Part shown: positions 39,905 to 50,668 of the stretch, piece after piece
How positions within the stretch are numbered: the stretch's first letter is position 1
Layout: the number at the start of each line of letters is the position of its first letter
Assembly: GCA_965222155.1 (NCBI GenBank)
Contig: CBDCTH010000012.1
Location: 2,400,001 to 2,464,000 of the forward strand
DNA from: Gammaproteobacteria bacterium
Lineage (GTDB): Bacteria; Pseudomonadota; Gammaproteobacteria; Eutrophobiales; Eutrophobiaceae
Direction: 5' to 3'
Length of the DNA: 64,000 nucleotides
Translations under genes and position numbers: made by a program
Notes under the pieces: generated by a model
Database searches by the model: none
What the model was told of the DNA's origin: nothing
The model's input: the letters and a program-made list of their open reading frames with translations, nothing else

Positions 39905-42900
39905 TTAGCGTTCGTATTCATCAAGATTGCCTCTGATTTCGTCAATCCCTTCCAGGCATGTCCGATCAATCAGGTCAAGACATTTACACGCCCATTCGTC
40001 CTGCTGGTGTTGGTGATAAGTGCGGAAGACCAGCTTTATGACAGTAGGAATATCGCCTGCCCGACCCTTGGAAATATCCTTCGCCTCGTCACTGAACCGT
40101 TCGAGAAATTTCTCGCACGCAACATACGTGATACCAGGCAGTCGATGTGAGGATTTTTCAAGGGCATAAAGTATAGAAGATGAGTCTTCCTGGTAGGCTG
40201 CACTGTTGCAAAACTTATTTATCAGTGTTGTATTGGACTCCAGAGGTTGTTCCTCTAAATTACAAAAACACGTCGCCGCCTCTTGACGAACCTTGTCATC
40301 ACTATCATTGAAAAATCGCAAGAGTTTTTGCTCAGACCACGGGCGACAATCATCCCGACCAATGTTGCTGGCAGCTACTTTTGCCACTCCGAGTCTCTGT
40401 GATGGGCTGCCCTGAAGCGCTTCTTCCACAATATCTTCGGCTTCGTTGTGATTGTAAAGCACAGCGAGACTAGCCAGTCGGGCGCCAGCTTCATTTATTT
40501 CGGAAACTTTAGACCGTAGCATTCTTTCGATGATACTCTGAAGTTGCCCGAAATGGTCATGTAGCGCACAATGAATGAAATAATCCACATCCCGAGTCGC
40601 CAGCAAGCGGTCATTATCTAAACTCCCCTTAGAATTGGTAAGTCTGGCAAATTGCGCTAAAGCAAATTCCCAATCATGATTAGTTATAGCTAATAGTGTC
40701 GAACTCGCGCACGCCCGCACAGCTACACTCTCGTCGTTGGCCAGCTGTTCAACGGTAGAACGAAAACGACCAACATACGAACTATCTCGTAGTATAAGAT
40801 TGCGAATGCTCTCCGCAGCACGTCCGCGTGTCGTGTTGATACCATATGTAAGAATTTCTTTTCCGGAATTGGACTTTCCAATTGAGACTTCTTCATTCGA
40901 TAATTCATTCTCTGGGTCAGGATGCTCGGTTGCCAACCAGTCGAGCATCTGCACGGCGTTGTCAGGAAGCTTGTCTTTGATGGAACCCAGTAAATCAGCA
41001 ATCGCCTTTCCGCAATCATAACGTGATTCAGAATATGCCTTTCGACAAACTGCCAATTTGAGCTCGGTATATCCGTCGGTTTCTTTCAGACCGAAGAGGG
41101 TATATTCTATGTAGACCGGATTTGTGTTCGGGGGGAAGCTGAGGCTCAGACGGGCAAATCGTTCCGGTTCATTCTTTACAAACTCTTGCAACATCCATGC
41201 AAGTTCAACGGCCCCGCCCTTTTCAGGGTTCACCAATGAGAAGTTTCTATCCAGGGCATGTTTATTGATTGCCCGGAGCCACTGCTCGTCCGTCATTTTC
41301 TCTGCTGCCGACTTTTCGATTGGGGAACTTACTATATACGCTTCTGACTGCTTAGGAGGAGTTATCGTTTCACCAAACTTTCGTTCAAGCTCTTTATAAC
41401 GAGATTGGGCGTTCCTGCTACGCAACTCAATTGGTATACCGGATAACAAGGCAAAAGAAGCCCCTCCTCTTAATTTATACCCGCGCGTCGTGCGCTCGTA
41501 ATCTGGAGTGTAATTCAAAATAGCCTCTTCCAGTCTTCTGCGGTTGTTATCGGTACATAGTGGGGCAACTTCTTTAATCAATTGTATAGCTACCCAGTAG
41601 GGGCTGTCGGAATATCCGCAATTAAAGCGCCATTTTTTATCACAGAACTCGGAAACAGCTATGTCTGCAAAGTGCTCTGCACCGGCAGTATATGCCTGGA
41701 GAAGGAAGAAATTGGCCATGTAGGTATCATGCTTGCGAAGTTCGGCAAGAATATTTCCAATATAGTTCGAGTTAATCTCAGCAAGTTTTTGCAATGCAAC
41801 GGCGAGCGATTCCCTAAATTCCTCCGTTTTCGAAGCATGTCGTCTATTAATCAGAACCGGCCACACAGCATCACATCTAGGTGGGGGTTTTGTCCCCTGA
41901 AAGACGGCTTCTACAGCTATCTTCAGGACCACCGGTAAGACTTGTTGCACGAACTTTTCAGGGAACTCGTTTGCGGAATTTGCTATATGATCTGAACTAA
42001 ATTCATCGTAGCTGAGCAAGTTTCTCCATTCAGGTCTCCCTGTACTATCCCTAGTCTCTCGAATAATTGAGAGCCGTCTTGATAACCAATGTGCTACTAC
42101 CTCTGGGATCCATTCAAGTCGGGAACCCAGCCTATGTAGCATGTCCCAGAAGGTACTGTTGATTGCGACAGGTCCGCGCACATCGTCCAGAGTCCCATCA
42201 TCTATCAACCTCAAAAACAGGTCGAAAAACCTTCGACTGTTTCCGTGGTCAGCCCATTGCATTATAAAGTTAAATCGTTGAGGCCAATTGCCACCTGTAT
42301 CTACGAATGGTTCAAGTAGTGCTGTTACCCTTTCACCCGAGTGTCTCTGATGAATACGGGCGTAGCTCACAGCGCTATCGACTAGATTATCGTTTTCAGA
42401 TGCAAGCCAACATGCAATCAGGCCGTTTCTATCTGCAACCTGAAACCACGGCTGAGAAAAGAAAAATCGATTCCAGACCAAAGACGCGAATTTATCCGGG
42501 TTCGGTAAACCGCGCTTAATTGCTTCAATTTCGGATTCGAGCCACGGAGCAAGCACTTCCCACTCCTTGTCTTCGGGATCCGGCATCTCAACAGCCAATG
42601 CACAGGCGAGAGCCTTTAAGTGATAACGTATATCGTCTTTCTCCAATAATGTGCGGAGTTCAGTACAATACCGTTCTCGGACAGCATCACGTAGATAAAC
42701 AAGGACTTGCCTCACCTGTGCTCTTCGGAACAAGTGTTGCTCTGAGTTTATGAGAAATGCTGTCAAGGATTCTTCTTGAGCCACAAAGCCGCGAGCGAAA
42801 CAATAATCAAAAAAAGTTTCATGGCCGAATCCGTAGCGTTTCTCGTCATATGAGAGCACGCCTTCAGATGCCATTTGATAAACATAATCAACTGGGAATT

Positions 42901-44485
42901 TATCGAGTTTCTCCTTTAACACTGAAAGTCGCTGTGATGTCGACATTTCGTCACACAATACCTGGATTATGTCGTACCAGTGGTCAGCGGAGAGAGTTAC
43001 GTACTCATTAACCGCCTGGCGTTTCTTATTCCAATAGTGATCGAAAAGTTCTTTTGTGGAGGAGAACCTTAGCTCTGAAACGGGGTCAAGTTTTATATCT
43101 AGGAACAACGATAGATTCTGGGGAAGACGAAGCAATTCCAATTGTTTTGCTGTAAACGATTCGGCTTTGAAATCTCCTTTATGGAGTACCGATTTTACCT
43201 CGTCTAGAGAGAAGTCGGTAACAGAAATATGGGTGTGATCCTCGATAAGAAGACGGCGGAGGTGATGATCGTTCTCCCAATCAAACTTTCTGCAGACGAC
43301 CAATACATGAAATTTTTTTACTCTGTTACGCCAACCTCGTGCCTCTCTCAAGAGGTCGTCAATGATGTCAAAAAACTCTGAACTTCGACCGGATGTTCTA
43401 CTTATGGCATCAAGTTGGTCAATAATGAGAACAGCCTCACTCGAGGTGGCCTCAGCCGCTGTCCCCAATACAAATGCTGGGGATTCTTCAAGGCCAAGAT
43501 CCTCTCCTAATTTTTTCGTTGACGATACCGTGTCTATGCGGTCCAAGCGAAACGCAAGCACAGTAACAGGATGACTACCCTGACGTAGTGTTTCTACACA
43601 TTCGATTACACATGCCGTCTTTCCGCCTCCCGCCTTTCCAGTGACAACGCAGTCGACGCCCCCGTTTGCATTTGCTTTTATACTGGTAAGAAGTTCCTGT
43701 GTCGAAGTGCGAGAAATGAGAGAATCTTGAATCAGTTTTCGGCGTGTAATTTCAATGTAACGATCCGTCACGTCGGAAATGAGCGAAGGAGCTTCGCTTG
43801 GTTTGACAAGTTGTCGAAACTTGAAGCTCTTACTCCGAAGATATGAAATCAGCTGTTCACGGTCTATGCGTTTGTGGAGTGAATTTCTACAAGCAGCCAA
43901 TCTGTAAAGCGCATCGTATACATTATCCGGGTTGGTGAGAAACAATGCTGCCAACAAATCTCGCGCAAGATCTTTGACTGTCCTCCCATCAATGGTGCGG
44001 ACTTCGATACGCTGAAGTAACTCGTATACTGCGGCTGTGTCTGCGTTATTCCAGGAACTCTTGAGTTTTTTAAAATTATCCCTTTGAGACTGCGCGCTGA
44101 CAAACACTGATTCAAATTCATTCAAATCTTGTGCACTATTAGCGCGCTCTGCCAGTTCTCTTAACTCTGGAGCGTCACTGCCTGATACAAAAACAAATTG
44201 TGTGTTGGAGTTTGCAGAAAGCTGTCTGAAAATCGCCTGTAACAATCGGTACTTCGCGCTCCCGAGGATGGATAGACTCCACTTGCCATCTGTATGACTG
44301 CACTTTGCCTGATGTAGCTCCTGGCGGCTTCCTGCTGTTATTACAAACTCAGCTTTTTCAACCGTCAGGGCCTCAATTTGGATCCTCTCGGCCTGCCCAT
44401 CGATGATCTTTGCAAGTTGATAGACCGTCCAATCTATTTCATAGTCATTTCCAGCTTTGGTAGCCGGACCACCAGGTAGAGGCAT
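39905..44485 (-). CDS. Nuclease-STAND ATPase-helical repeat protein (NLR/Avs-like)
   Basis: 1526 aa. N-terminal GNDYE...E...EF...HQAK (Cap4/DUF4297-like PD-(D/E)xK variant), Walker A GKAGGGKT, Walker B LIIDQLD, FGHETFFDY and HEAT-like C-terminal repeats. Confidence 0.72.
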   Translation of the reverse strand: MPLPGGPATKAGNDYEIDWTVYQLAKIIDGQAERIQIEALTVEKAEFVITAGSRQELHQAKCSHTDGKWSLSILGSAKYRLLQAIFRQLSANSNTQFVFVSGSDAPELRELAERANSAQDLNEFESVFVSAQSQRDNFKKLKSSWNNADTAAVYELLQRIEVRTIDGRTVKDLARDLLAALFLTNPDNVYDALYRLAACRNSLHKRIDREQLISYLRSKSFKFRQLVKPSEAPSLISDVTDRYIEITRRKLIQDSLISRTSTQELLTSIKANANGGVDCVVTGKAGGGKTACVIECVETLRQGSHPVTVLAFRLDRIDTVSSTKKLGEDLGLEESPAFVLGTAAEATSSEAVLIIDQLDAISRTSGRSSEFFDIIDDLLREARGWRNRVKKFHVLVVCRKFDWENDHHLRRLLIEDHTHISVTDFSLDEVKSVLHKGDFKAESFTAKQLELLRLPQNLSLFLDIKLDPVSELRFSSTKELFDHYWNKKRQAVNEYVTLSADHWYDIIQVLCDEMSTSQRLSVLKEKLDKFPVDYVYQMASEGVLSYDEKRYGFGHETFFDYCFARGFVAQEESLTAFLINSEQHLFRRAQVRQVLVYLRDAVRERYCTELRTLLEKDDIRYHLKALACALAVEMPDPEDKEWEVLAPWLESEIEAIKRGLPNPDKFASLVWNRFFFSQPWFQVADRNGLIACWLASENDNLVDSAVSYARIHQRHSGERVTALLEPFVDTGGNWPQRFNFIMQWADHGNSRRFFDLFLRLIDDGTLDDVRGPVAINSTFWDMLHRLGSRLEWIPEVVAHWLSRRLSIIRETRDSTGRPEWRNLLSYDEFSSDHIANSANEFPEKFVQQVLPVVLKIAVEAVFQGTKPPPRCDAVWPVLINRRHASKTEEFRESLAVALQKLAEINSNYIGNILAELRKHDTYMANFFLLQAYTAGAEHFADIAVSEFCDKKWRFNCGYSDSPYWVAIQLIKEVAPLCTDNNRRRLEEAILNYTPDYERTTRGYKLRGGASFALLSGIPIELRSRNAQSRYKELERKFGETITPPKQSEAYIVSSPIEKSAAEKMTDEQWLRAINKHALDRNFSLVNPEKGGAVELAWMLQEFVKNEPERFARLSLSFPPNTNPVYIEYTLFGLKETDGYTELKLAVCRKAYSESRYDCGKAIADLLGSIKDKLPDNAVQMLDWLATEHPDPENELSNEEVSIGKSNSGKEILTYGINTTRGRAAESIRNLILRDSSYVGRFRSTVEQLANDESVAVRACASSTLLAITNHDWEFALAQFARLTNSKGSLDNDRLLATRDVDYFIHCALHDHFGQLQSIIERMLRSKVSEINEAGARLASLAVLYNHNEAEDIVEEALQGSPSQRLGVAKVAASNIGRDDCRPWSEQKLLRFFNDSDDKVRQEAATCFCNLEEQPLESNTTLINKFCNSAAYQEDSSSILYALEKSSHRLPGITYVACEKFLERFSDEAKDISKGRAGDIPTVIKLVFRTYHQHQQDEWACKCLDLIDRTCLEGIDEIRGNLDEYER

Positions 44486-44797
44486 TGTTATGCCCTCTCT
44501 CTCGGTTCAGGATGGTAAGTGCCGATAGTGTTCACCCGCGATTCCCTAGTGAGCAACTATTGAATGAGGTCGCATCGCTGGCATTTAAAAGTTTCCTTAT
44601 GGTGTTGATCGATGGCACTCCGTTCCAATACGATGTCCAGCAGCTCAGCTTGTTAATAACAACTATTTTGTTTAATTGATATAAGAGGATGGCTTAATAC
44701 AAAGTCAGATCCCGCCAAGTCGACAGACAGACCTATGAGTGAAATCCTACCATAGTTAAGCGATCAATGGGAATTACATACGATCTTACCCAAGTGT

Positions 44798-45003
44798 CAG
44801 GGCAAACGCATACTTTTGAATTCAGACGTTTTTACCCGATTCCGTCATTCTGGCGCAAGCCAGAATCCAGTGAATAACCCTTCATTACCCTGAGCCTGCG
44901 CTGTTGTTTGACTGGATGCTGGCATTCGCCAGCATGACGGGCGGTGTTTTCCGGTTGGTTTCCTGTCTTCTGCAACAGAATCTAAAAGTATGCGGTTGCC
45001 CTG
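44798..45003. mobile_element. 206-bp ISAs1-like MITE with a 10-bp target duplication
   Basis: IRs CAGGGCAAACGCATACTTTT / AAAAGTATGCGGTTGCCCTG match 19/20. ACCCAAGTGT is duplicated at 44788-44797 and 45004-45013. Confidence 0.88.
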
Positions 45004-45065
45004 ACCCAAGTGTTTTAACAACTGGTTTCGTTTTTGGGTAATATGGTCAAAAAGAACGTGAGACC

Positions 45066-47993
45066 ATGACACAAGCATCGACAACAGAGCCGACATTCAA
45101 CGTCATATTGGGAGAGGCGCTTCGTGAGAAACATCCTCTTTGGACGCAACACCTCGGCGCCGAGCAGACCCGGGTCATGGAAGGGGCGCCCGGAAAACAG
45201 CCCGATATTGTTATTGCAGTTCCCAACAGTTCACCCGTTATTATTGAAACGGAATTTTTACCGGCTGTCACCGTTGAGCAGGATGCACGCTCTCGACTGT
45301 ACAAGTCCCTGGCCAGTACCGGACAGTCTGTTGAGCACACCCTTGCCGTTCGTATCCCAGCCGAGTTGAGGACCATCCCACAGGAGACAATCAAGTCCAG
45401 AATTGAAACGGTTACCTTTGACTACTGTATTTTTTCCCTGAATAGTAATTTAACCCCTGTACGGTGGCCTATAACAGGTTGGCTGAAAGGTGACATCAAT
45501 GACTTGACCACCTGTATAGAGTCAGTCACCATATCCGAATCGCTGCTAGCAACCAGTACAGACGAACTTGAACGTGGCGTTGATCAAGCTGCCAATATCC
45601 TGCAACAATCGCCGGAGCATACCAGAGAAAAAATTGCGGAAGAACTCCGCCAGGAAACAGGCGAACAGACCGCGCGTATGGCGACGGCAATCATCGCCAA
45701 CGCGATCATTTTCCACACACGAATAGAAGGACAGTAAGGGATCCCGACCCTGGCAGAACTACAGACAGAGATGGGGTTGTTGAGCCGGAACAAACTGGTT
45801 GAATGCTGGCGTTGGATTGTGATGGAGATCAATTATTGGCCGATATTCAAGATTGCCTCAGATTTGCTTTCTCTCGTACCTGCCCGCCAAGCGAACAATA
45901 TTCTGAATCGGCTCGTGGAGACTTCCGATAGACTGACAGAAATAGGCGCAACTGGCATTAACGACCTGTCGGGGCGCATGTTCCAGACTCTCATCACGGA
46001 CCGAAAGTTTTTGGCGACATTCTATACGCTTCCCGTCTCAGCGACGCTGTTGGCCGAGCTTGCCATATCCCGGTTGGATATTGATTGGGGTGACGAAACG
46101 GCGGTCAAGGCATTACGGGTCGGCGATCTCGCGTGTGGCACGGGCGCTCTTCTGAATGCCGCGTACCATTCGATTCGCGTGCGGTTTCGGCGGGCGGGTT
46201 TTGACGATGTAATCATCCATGCCAGTATGATTGAGTCCTCACTCTTTGCCTGTGACATCATGCCTGCTGCCACGCATCTCACCGCGTCGACTTTATCGAA
46301 TGCGCATCCCGGGATAGCCTTCGGGCATACGAAAATAGTGACTATGCCGTACGGCTATGATGAACAGCAGGTCCCTAAAATCGGATCACTGGAATTGATT
46401 GAGGGCAAAGAGACCCGCTCCCTGTTCAGTCTGGGTCGAGAATTGTTGATAGGACATGCAAAAGAGGAAGTTGACTCGACTATTGATATACCACATGAAT
46501 ATATGGACGTCGTGATCATGAATCCCCCTTTTACCCGTCCGACCAATCATGAAGCAACAACAGTTCCCGTCCCGTCGTTTGCTGGTTTCGACACAGGGCA
46601 TAGTGAACAAAAGGCCATGAGCGAACGACTGAAAGTCATGCGCCGTTCTGTTGCGGAACCGGCAGGGAACGGGAACGCCGGATTGGCGTCGAATTTCCTG
46701 GACCTTGCCCACGTCAAACTGAAACCGGGTGGTGTGTTGGCATTGGTATTGCCGGCAGCATTCGCACAAGGCGAGTCCTGGCGCGATGCGCGAGCACTGT
46801 TGTCCAGGCATTACCAGGATATGGTGATTGTATCCATTGCCAGTATCGGAATAACTGACCAGGCATTTTCTGCTGATACGGGGATGGCGGAGGTGCTGGT
46901 AGTCGCGACAAAAAAGCCAGATAATCCCCCAATTAAAGAGAAAAAAGACAGTGCGAACAATGTCCAATTCGCCAACCTGCGACATCGACCTGTTCATCAT
47001 GTCGCCGCGACTGAGGTGGCGAAGTCGATTGCAGCTATCCGCAGGAATACTGGCGCCGGACGCATAGCCATCGGTGATGAGGATGGTAATGGAAGTTGCA
47101 TCAATGCGGGTCGGTTGGAGGGAGGTTGCGTCGGTCTGGTAGAACCAAGTCTCGCGGAATTCATGTTCTCGCTTTCCAAAGGAGTGTTGACAGATCCAAG
47201 AACGAATGGAACGGCAAATCTGCCAATTACTACGCTAGAGACTCTCGGCAACCGAGGCTTGGTCCATAGAGATTTTATCGGAGCGCCCCCGCGTGGTCCG
47301 TTTGACAAGATCCCGTTGCAGACACCAACACCGACCTTCCCTGCATTATGGAATCATAATGCAGAGCGTGAGCGGTCGTTTATTGTAGAACCAGACTGTG
47401 AACTACGAGTACGCGCCGGGGAAGAAGAACGTGCTGCTGATATCTGGGAACGTGTTGTTTCCAGACTTCATCTGACACTGGACTTTCGGCTGAACTCCCA
47501 AAGTCTTGGCGCGTGTTTTACACCAGAAAAATCGGTCGGCGGAACAGCTTGGCCGAACTTTCTCACAGCAGATGATTCTACAGCAAAGGTGATTCTTCTC
47601 TGGTTCAATTCGACCCTGGGGTTGATGAGTTACTGGTGGAACGGTACTCGGCAACAACTGGGCCGAACTCGAGTAACAATCAGCGCCTTACCCTCGCTTA
47701 TTGCACTGGATACACAAAGATTCGATAAAGACATGGTCGAGCAAACGGACCGTTTATTCGACAAGTTCTGCGATGTAGAGTTCTTGCCCGCGAACGAAGC
47801 CTGTCAGGACAAAAACCGCATCGCTTTGGATAATGCTTTGTTTGCTCTGCTTGGGGTTTCTCCATCCGCCACAAAGGGCTTCGATTTAATTCGCCAACAA
47901 TGGTGTAACGAACCAAGTGTCCATGGTGGAAAAACCGCATCGGGACCTAGACCATCGATGTCGGATTCGAATAGGCATTACGTCAGGTCATAA
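45066..47993 (+). pseudogene. Type IIG-like fused nuclease/N6-adenine methyltransferase split by an in-frame TAA
   Basis: N-terminal QPDIV...IIETEF, TAA at 45735-45737, then the same frame continues to FYT, DLACGTGALL (motif I) and MNPPF (motif IV). Confidence 0.78.
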
Positions 47994-47997
47994 CGCT

Positions 47998-48795
47998 ATG
48001 AGAGTTTATCGCTTTATCTGCAAAGAATAGGGCCTTAAGGCCTTACGAGAGAAACGTCTAAAAATTGCTCGGATTAATGAGTTGAACGACCCTTTCGAGT
48101 TTATGGGTGTGGATTTAACATACCTTGAATTTCGTGAAGCTATGGGAGGTCTGAAGGACTATCTTAATGAAATATGGGGTCTGCTTTGTTTCAGCAAAGG
48201 CTGGGAAAACCCGGTGCAATGGACACATTACTCTGATAAGCATAAAGGACTGTCTTTTGGATTTGATGTTCCCCACCCCGACTGGCTTCTTGCTGAAGTA
48301 AATTATGAAGACGAACGGTTATCTGTTGATAACTTATTTGCTGGGATTTATAGGTTAAGAGGTAAACTCTGTGCCGAAATGGATGACTATACCGATCAGC
48401 CAGCATCGATTGAGGAAGCTCGTGTGAAAGCGCAAGAATTTCGTAATCAAGTAGAATCTGAAGGATTTCCTGTGGATCCTGAAACAGATAATAAGGAGCG
48501 GGAGTTCATGAGAAAAATCCTGTCCACAAAATTTTCTCATTGGAGTCACGAACAGGAATATAGAATATTTTGGCCTCTGTCGGAAGCTAAAAGAATTGGT
48601 GACCTGTATTATTTTGACTTCTCGGATGAGTTGAGACTCAAGGAAGTGATAATCGGAGTCAGATCCTGCGTTACCACTAAGAATATCAAAGCTGCGCTTG
48701 GAGGAATGGCCAGCAGCGTGGATGTATTCAAAGTACGAGAAGCATACCGTGAATTTGCAATGGTAAAAGATGAGAAAGATGTTTCTCAGGTCTGA
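47998..48795 (+). pseudogene. DUF2971 family protein with an early in-frame TAG
   Basis: MRVYRFICKE*GLKAL...ELNDPFE...LCFS...QWTHYSDKHKG...TKFSHWSHEQEYR. TAG at 48028-48030. Confidence 0.75.
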
Positions 48796-48914
48796 AAGTC
48801 AATAAGCGGAACTGCTACGCTGACTTGTAAAAAATCTTTGCCACTGAATTAGAACCGGCTTGGTTGAGGGTAATTTATCAGTGGAGTGCCTCCAGAATAC
48901 TCGTAGATCCACTC

Positions 48915-49763
48915 TTAGACGAAACAATAGAGTGGCCATCTAACTACTAATGGGGAAGCCATAAACAACTCTTCAGAAATATTGGTCTCTGAGCTTACAC
49001 TTTCCGCCACCTTCTCATAAAGGCAATACAGTGATGACAGCTTAGTGTTCTCTCGAAGATAGTGATTCTTGAAAACGGTGTTCACTATAGATAAAACCTT
49101 TGGCGAACAGATGCCAACTGCTTCCATTTGCTTCCATGTCTCGATTAGGTTGTTGGTCCTAGAAATCGGGGTTCCACCCCACTTATCTATGAAATAGGTA
49201 TCCTGGTCGCGGTCGGTCGGCGCCAGCCAGTGACGATCATAGTCACTGTAATCGACATAGAGTGGAAGCTCTCTATTGAAGATCGTCTCATGAGGCATAT
49301 CTGGTTCGCCATCTCCGTAATCCGCAGGCCACCAGCGTTTGACTTGAATTTCCCAAATGTTCTTTGCTTCCGACATGGAATCGATATTCGGGTAATTCAG
49401 CATCTCCAGATAAGCATGTTTGGAGATGTGATCGTAAAAAGATCGGCAAAGACGACGTATCACAGAATCGTGTCTTTTCAAGTCAAGCATGCATGTATCC
49501 AATAAGATATACGACTTTGCGATCTCCTCGCGGGCAGTCGTTAGTATGAATCTGGCAGATGAAAGTCGCCCTCCTTCTACAAGGTACTGCGCGTCTGAGA
49601 GAAGGCGTACAGCATTTCTGCAAGTTGCAGAGATCCCCTCAGAAACAAGCTCGAAAGATTCTGCAGGCGTACAGCATTCAAACAGGTTTTCAAATAATAA
49701 GCCCGCCGGTAAAGGCTTGTTATCGTATTTACTTATCATTAAGCAATATCCTTTTGAGATCAA
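48915..49763 (-). CDS. AbiV-family (HEPN-like) abortive infection protein
   Basis: NAVRLLSDAQYL...AREEIAK, FYDHISK and RELPLYVDY. Start uncertain (alternative 49739). Confidence 0.75.
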   Translation of the reverse strand: MISKGYCLMISKYDNKPLPAGLLFENLFECCTPAESFELVSEGISATCRNAVRLLSDAQYLVEGGRLSSARFILTTAREEIAKSYILLDTCMLDLKRHDSVIRRLCRSFYDHISKHAYLEMLNYPNIDSMSEAKNIWEIQVKRWWPADYGDGEPDMPHETIFNRELPLYVDYSDYDRHWLAPTDRDQDTYFIDKWGGTPISRTNNLIETWKQMEAVGICSPKVLSIVNTVFKNHYLRENTKLSSLYCLYEKVAESVSSETNISEELFMASPLVVRWPLYCFV

Positions 49764-49805
49764 AATTATTATTTTTAGGCAGAAATGTAGCTCTAAAAAG
49801 TTGCC

Positions 49806-50177
49806 TTATACCAGCGCCAGACCGGAACTTTCAAACCGGTGAAAGTCTGGAGTATTCGCTGTCGCGATGGATGCATCATCGGCGAGAGCTGTCGCTGCGA
49901 TCATGCAATCGATCAAGGATCCGCGACGCCTTCCCGCCTCATTGAATAAACGGGCGGCAATTGCAGCGTGTTCCGGTGTAAAGTCTTGCTGCTGTCCAAC
50001 GATCCTGGTAGCTAAGGATATCTCAAAGGGGGAGATTGGGCCGCACAGGAACTCTGTCCAGGCAATTGTGCTAATTCTCAATGTTTGGCCCTCTGCTATC
50101 CAAGCTCTTAGTTTTAGATCTTCAGGCGAGCCTAGTTCCAGCGCCCGAATCAGAAAGCTCGTGTCCAGATGGATCAT
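49806..50177 (-). CDS. vapC: PIN-domain toxin (VapC family)
   Basis: MIHLDTSFLI, WTEF, DCMIAATA and ATANTPDF. Confidence 0.88.
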   Translation of the reverse strand: MIHLDTSFLIRALELGSPEDLKLRAWIAEGQTLRISTIAWTEFLCGPISPFEISLATRIVGQQQDFTPEHAAIAARLFNEAGRRRGSLIDCMIAATALADDASIATANTPDFHRFESSGLALV

Positions 50178-50545
50178 TTAGGCGCAGGAGACAGCTGTCG
50201 GTCAGATGTCTGGCGCTCGGCCATCAGGTCTTGCTCCCAAAGCGCAGTGTCGATTTTACGTTCGCGCAGGGAAGTCTGTAATTGGTTGAGCGCATTGAGC
50301 GCGGTGTCGCTACCCGACCCCGCTTCCGCCGCCACAACCCGAACAGCGTATGGTAATGACTCGGGTTCAGATACGTTTCGGATGGCTTCAATCCCGACGG
50401 GTCTTGCTTGCTCTCGAATTTGTCTCTCGCGGATAAGATCGCGAACGACTTCGCTCTCATTGCCGTAATGTCCGGTTTTGATTTGTGCTTTGATCCAACC
50501 GTCTTGCTGCTCTGTCAACGATATACTTTTTTTGACCATCGGCAT
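50174..50545 (-). CDS. Chimeric antitoxin with a ParD-like RHH N-terminus and a VapB-like C-terminus
   Basis: MVKKSISLT...GHYGNESEVVRDLIRERQ is ParD-like; the following part is unrelated. ATGA overlap with vapC. Confidence 0.7.
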   Translation of the reverse strand: MPMVKKSISLTEQQDGWIKAQIKTGHYGNESEVVRDLIRERQIREQARPVGIEAIRNVSEPESLPYAVRVVAAEAGSGSDTALNALNQLQTSLRERKIDTALWEQDLMAERQTSDRQLSPAPK

Positions 50546-50668
50546 ATTCAATCTCCTGAATAGTAGTGATATATCCTGATTAGTAGGATAATATACTCTC
50601 GCGCTGACTTACAAGCTTTTTGATTGATATGCATACAGGAAGTATGTGACTTCTGGTGTAAATATGTT

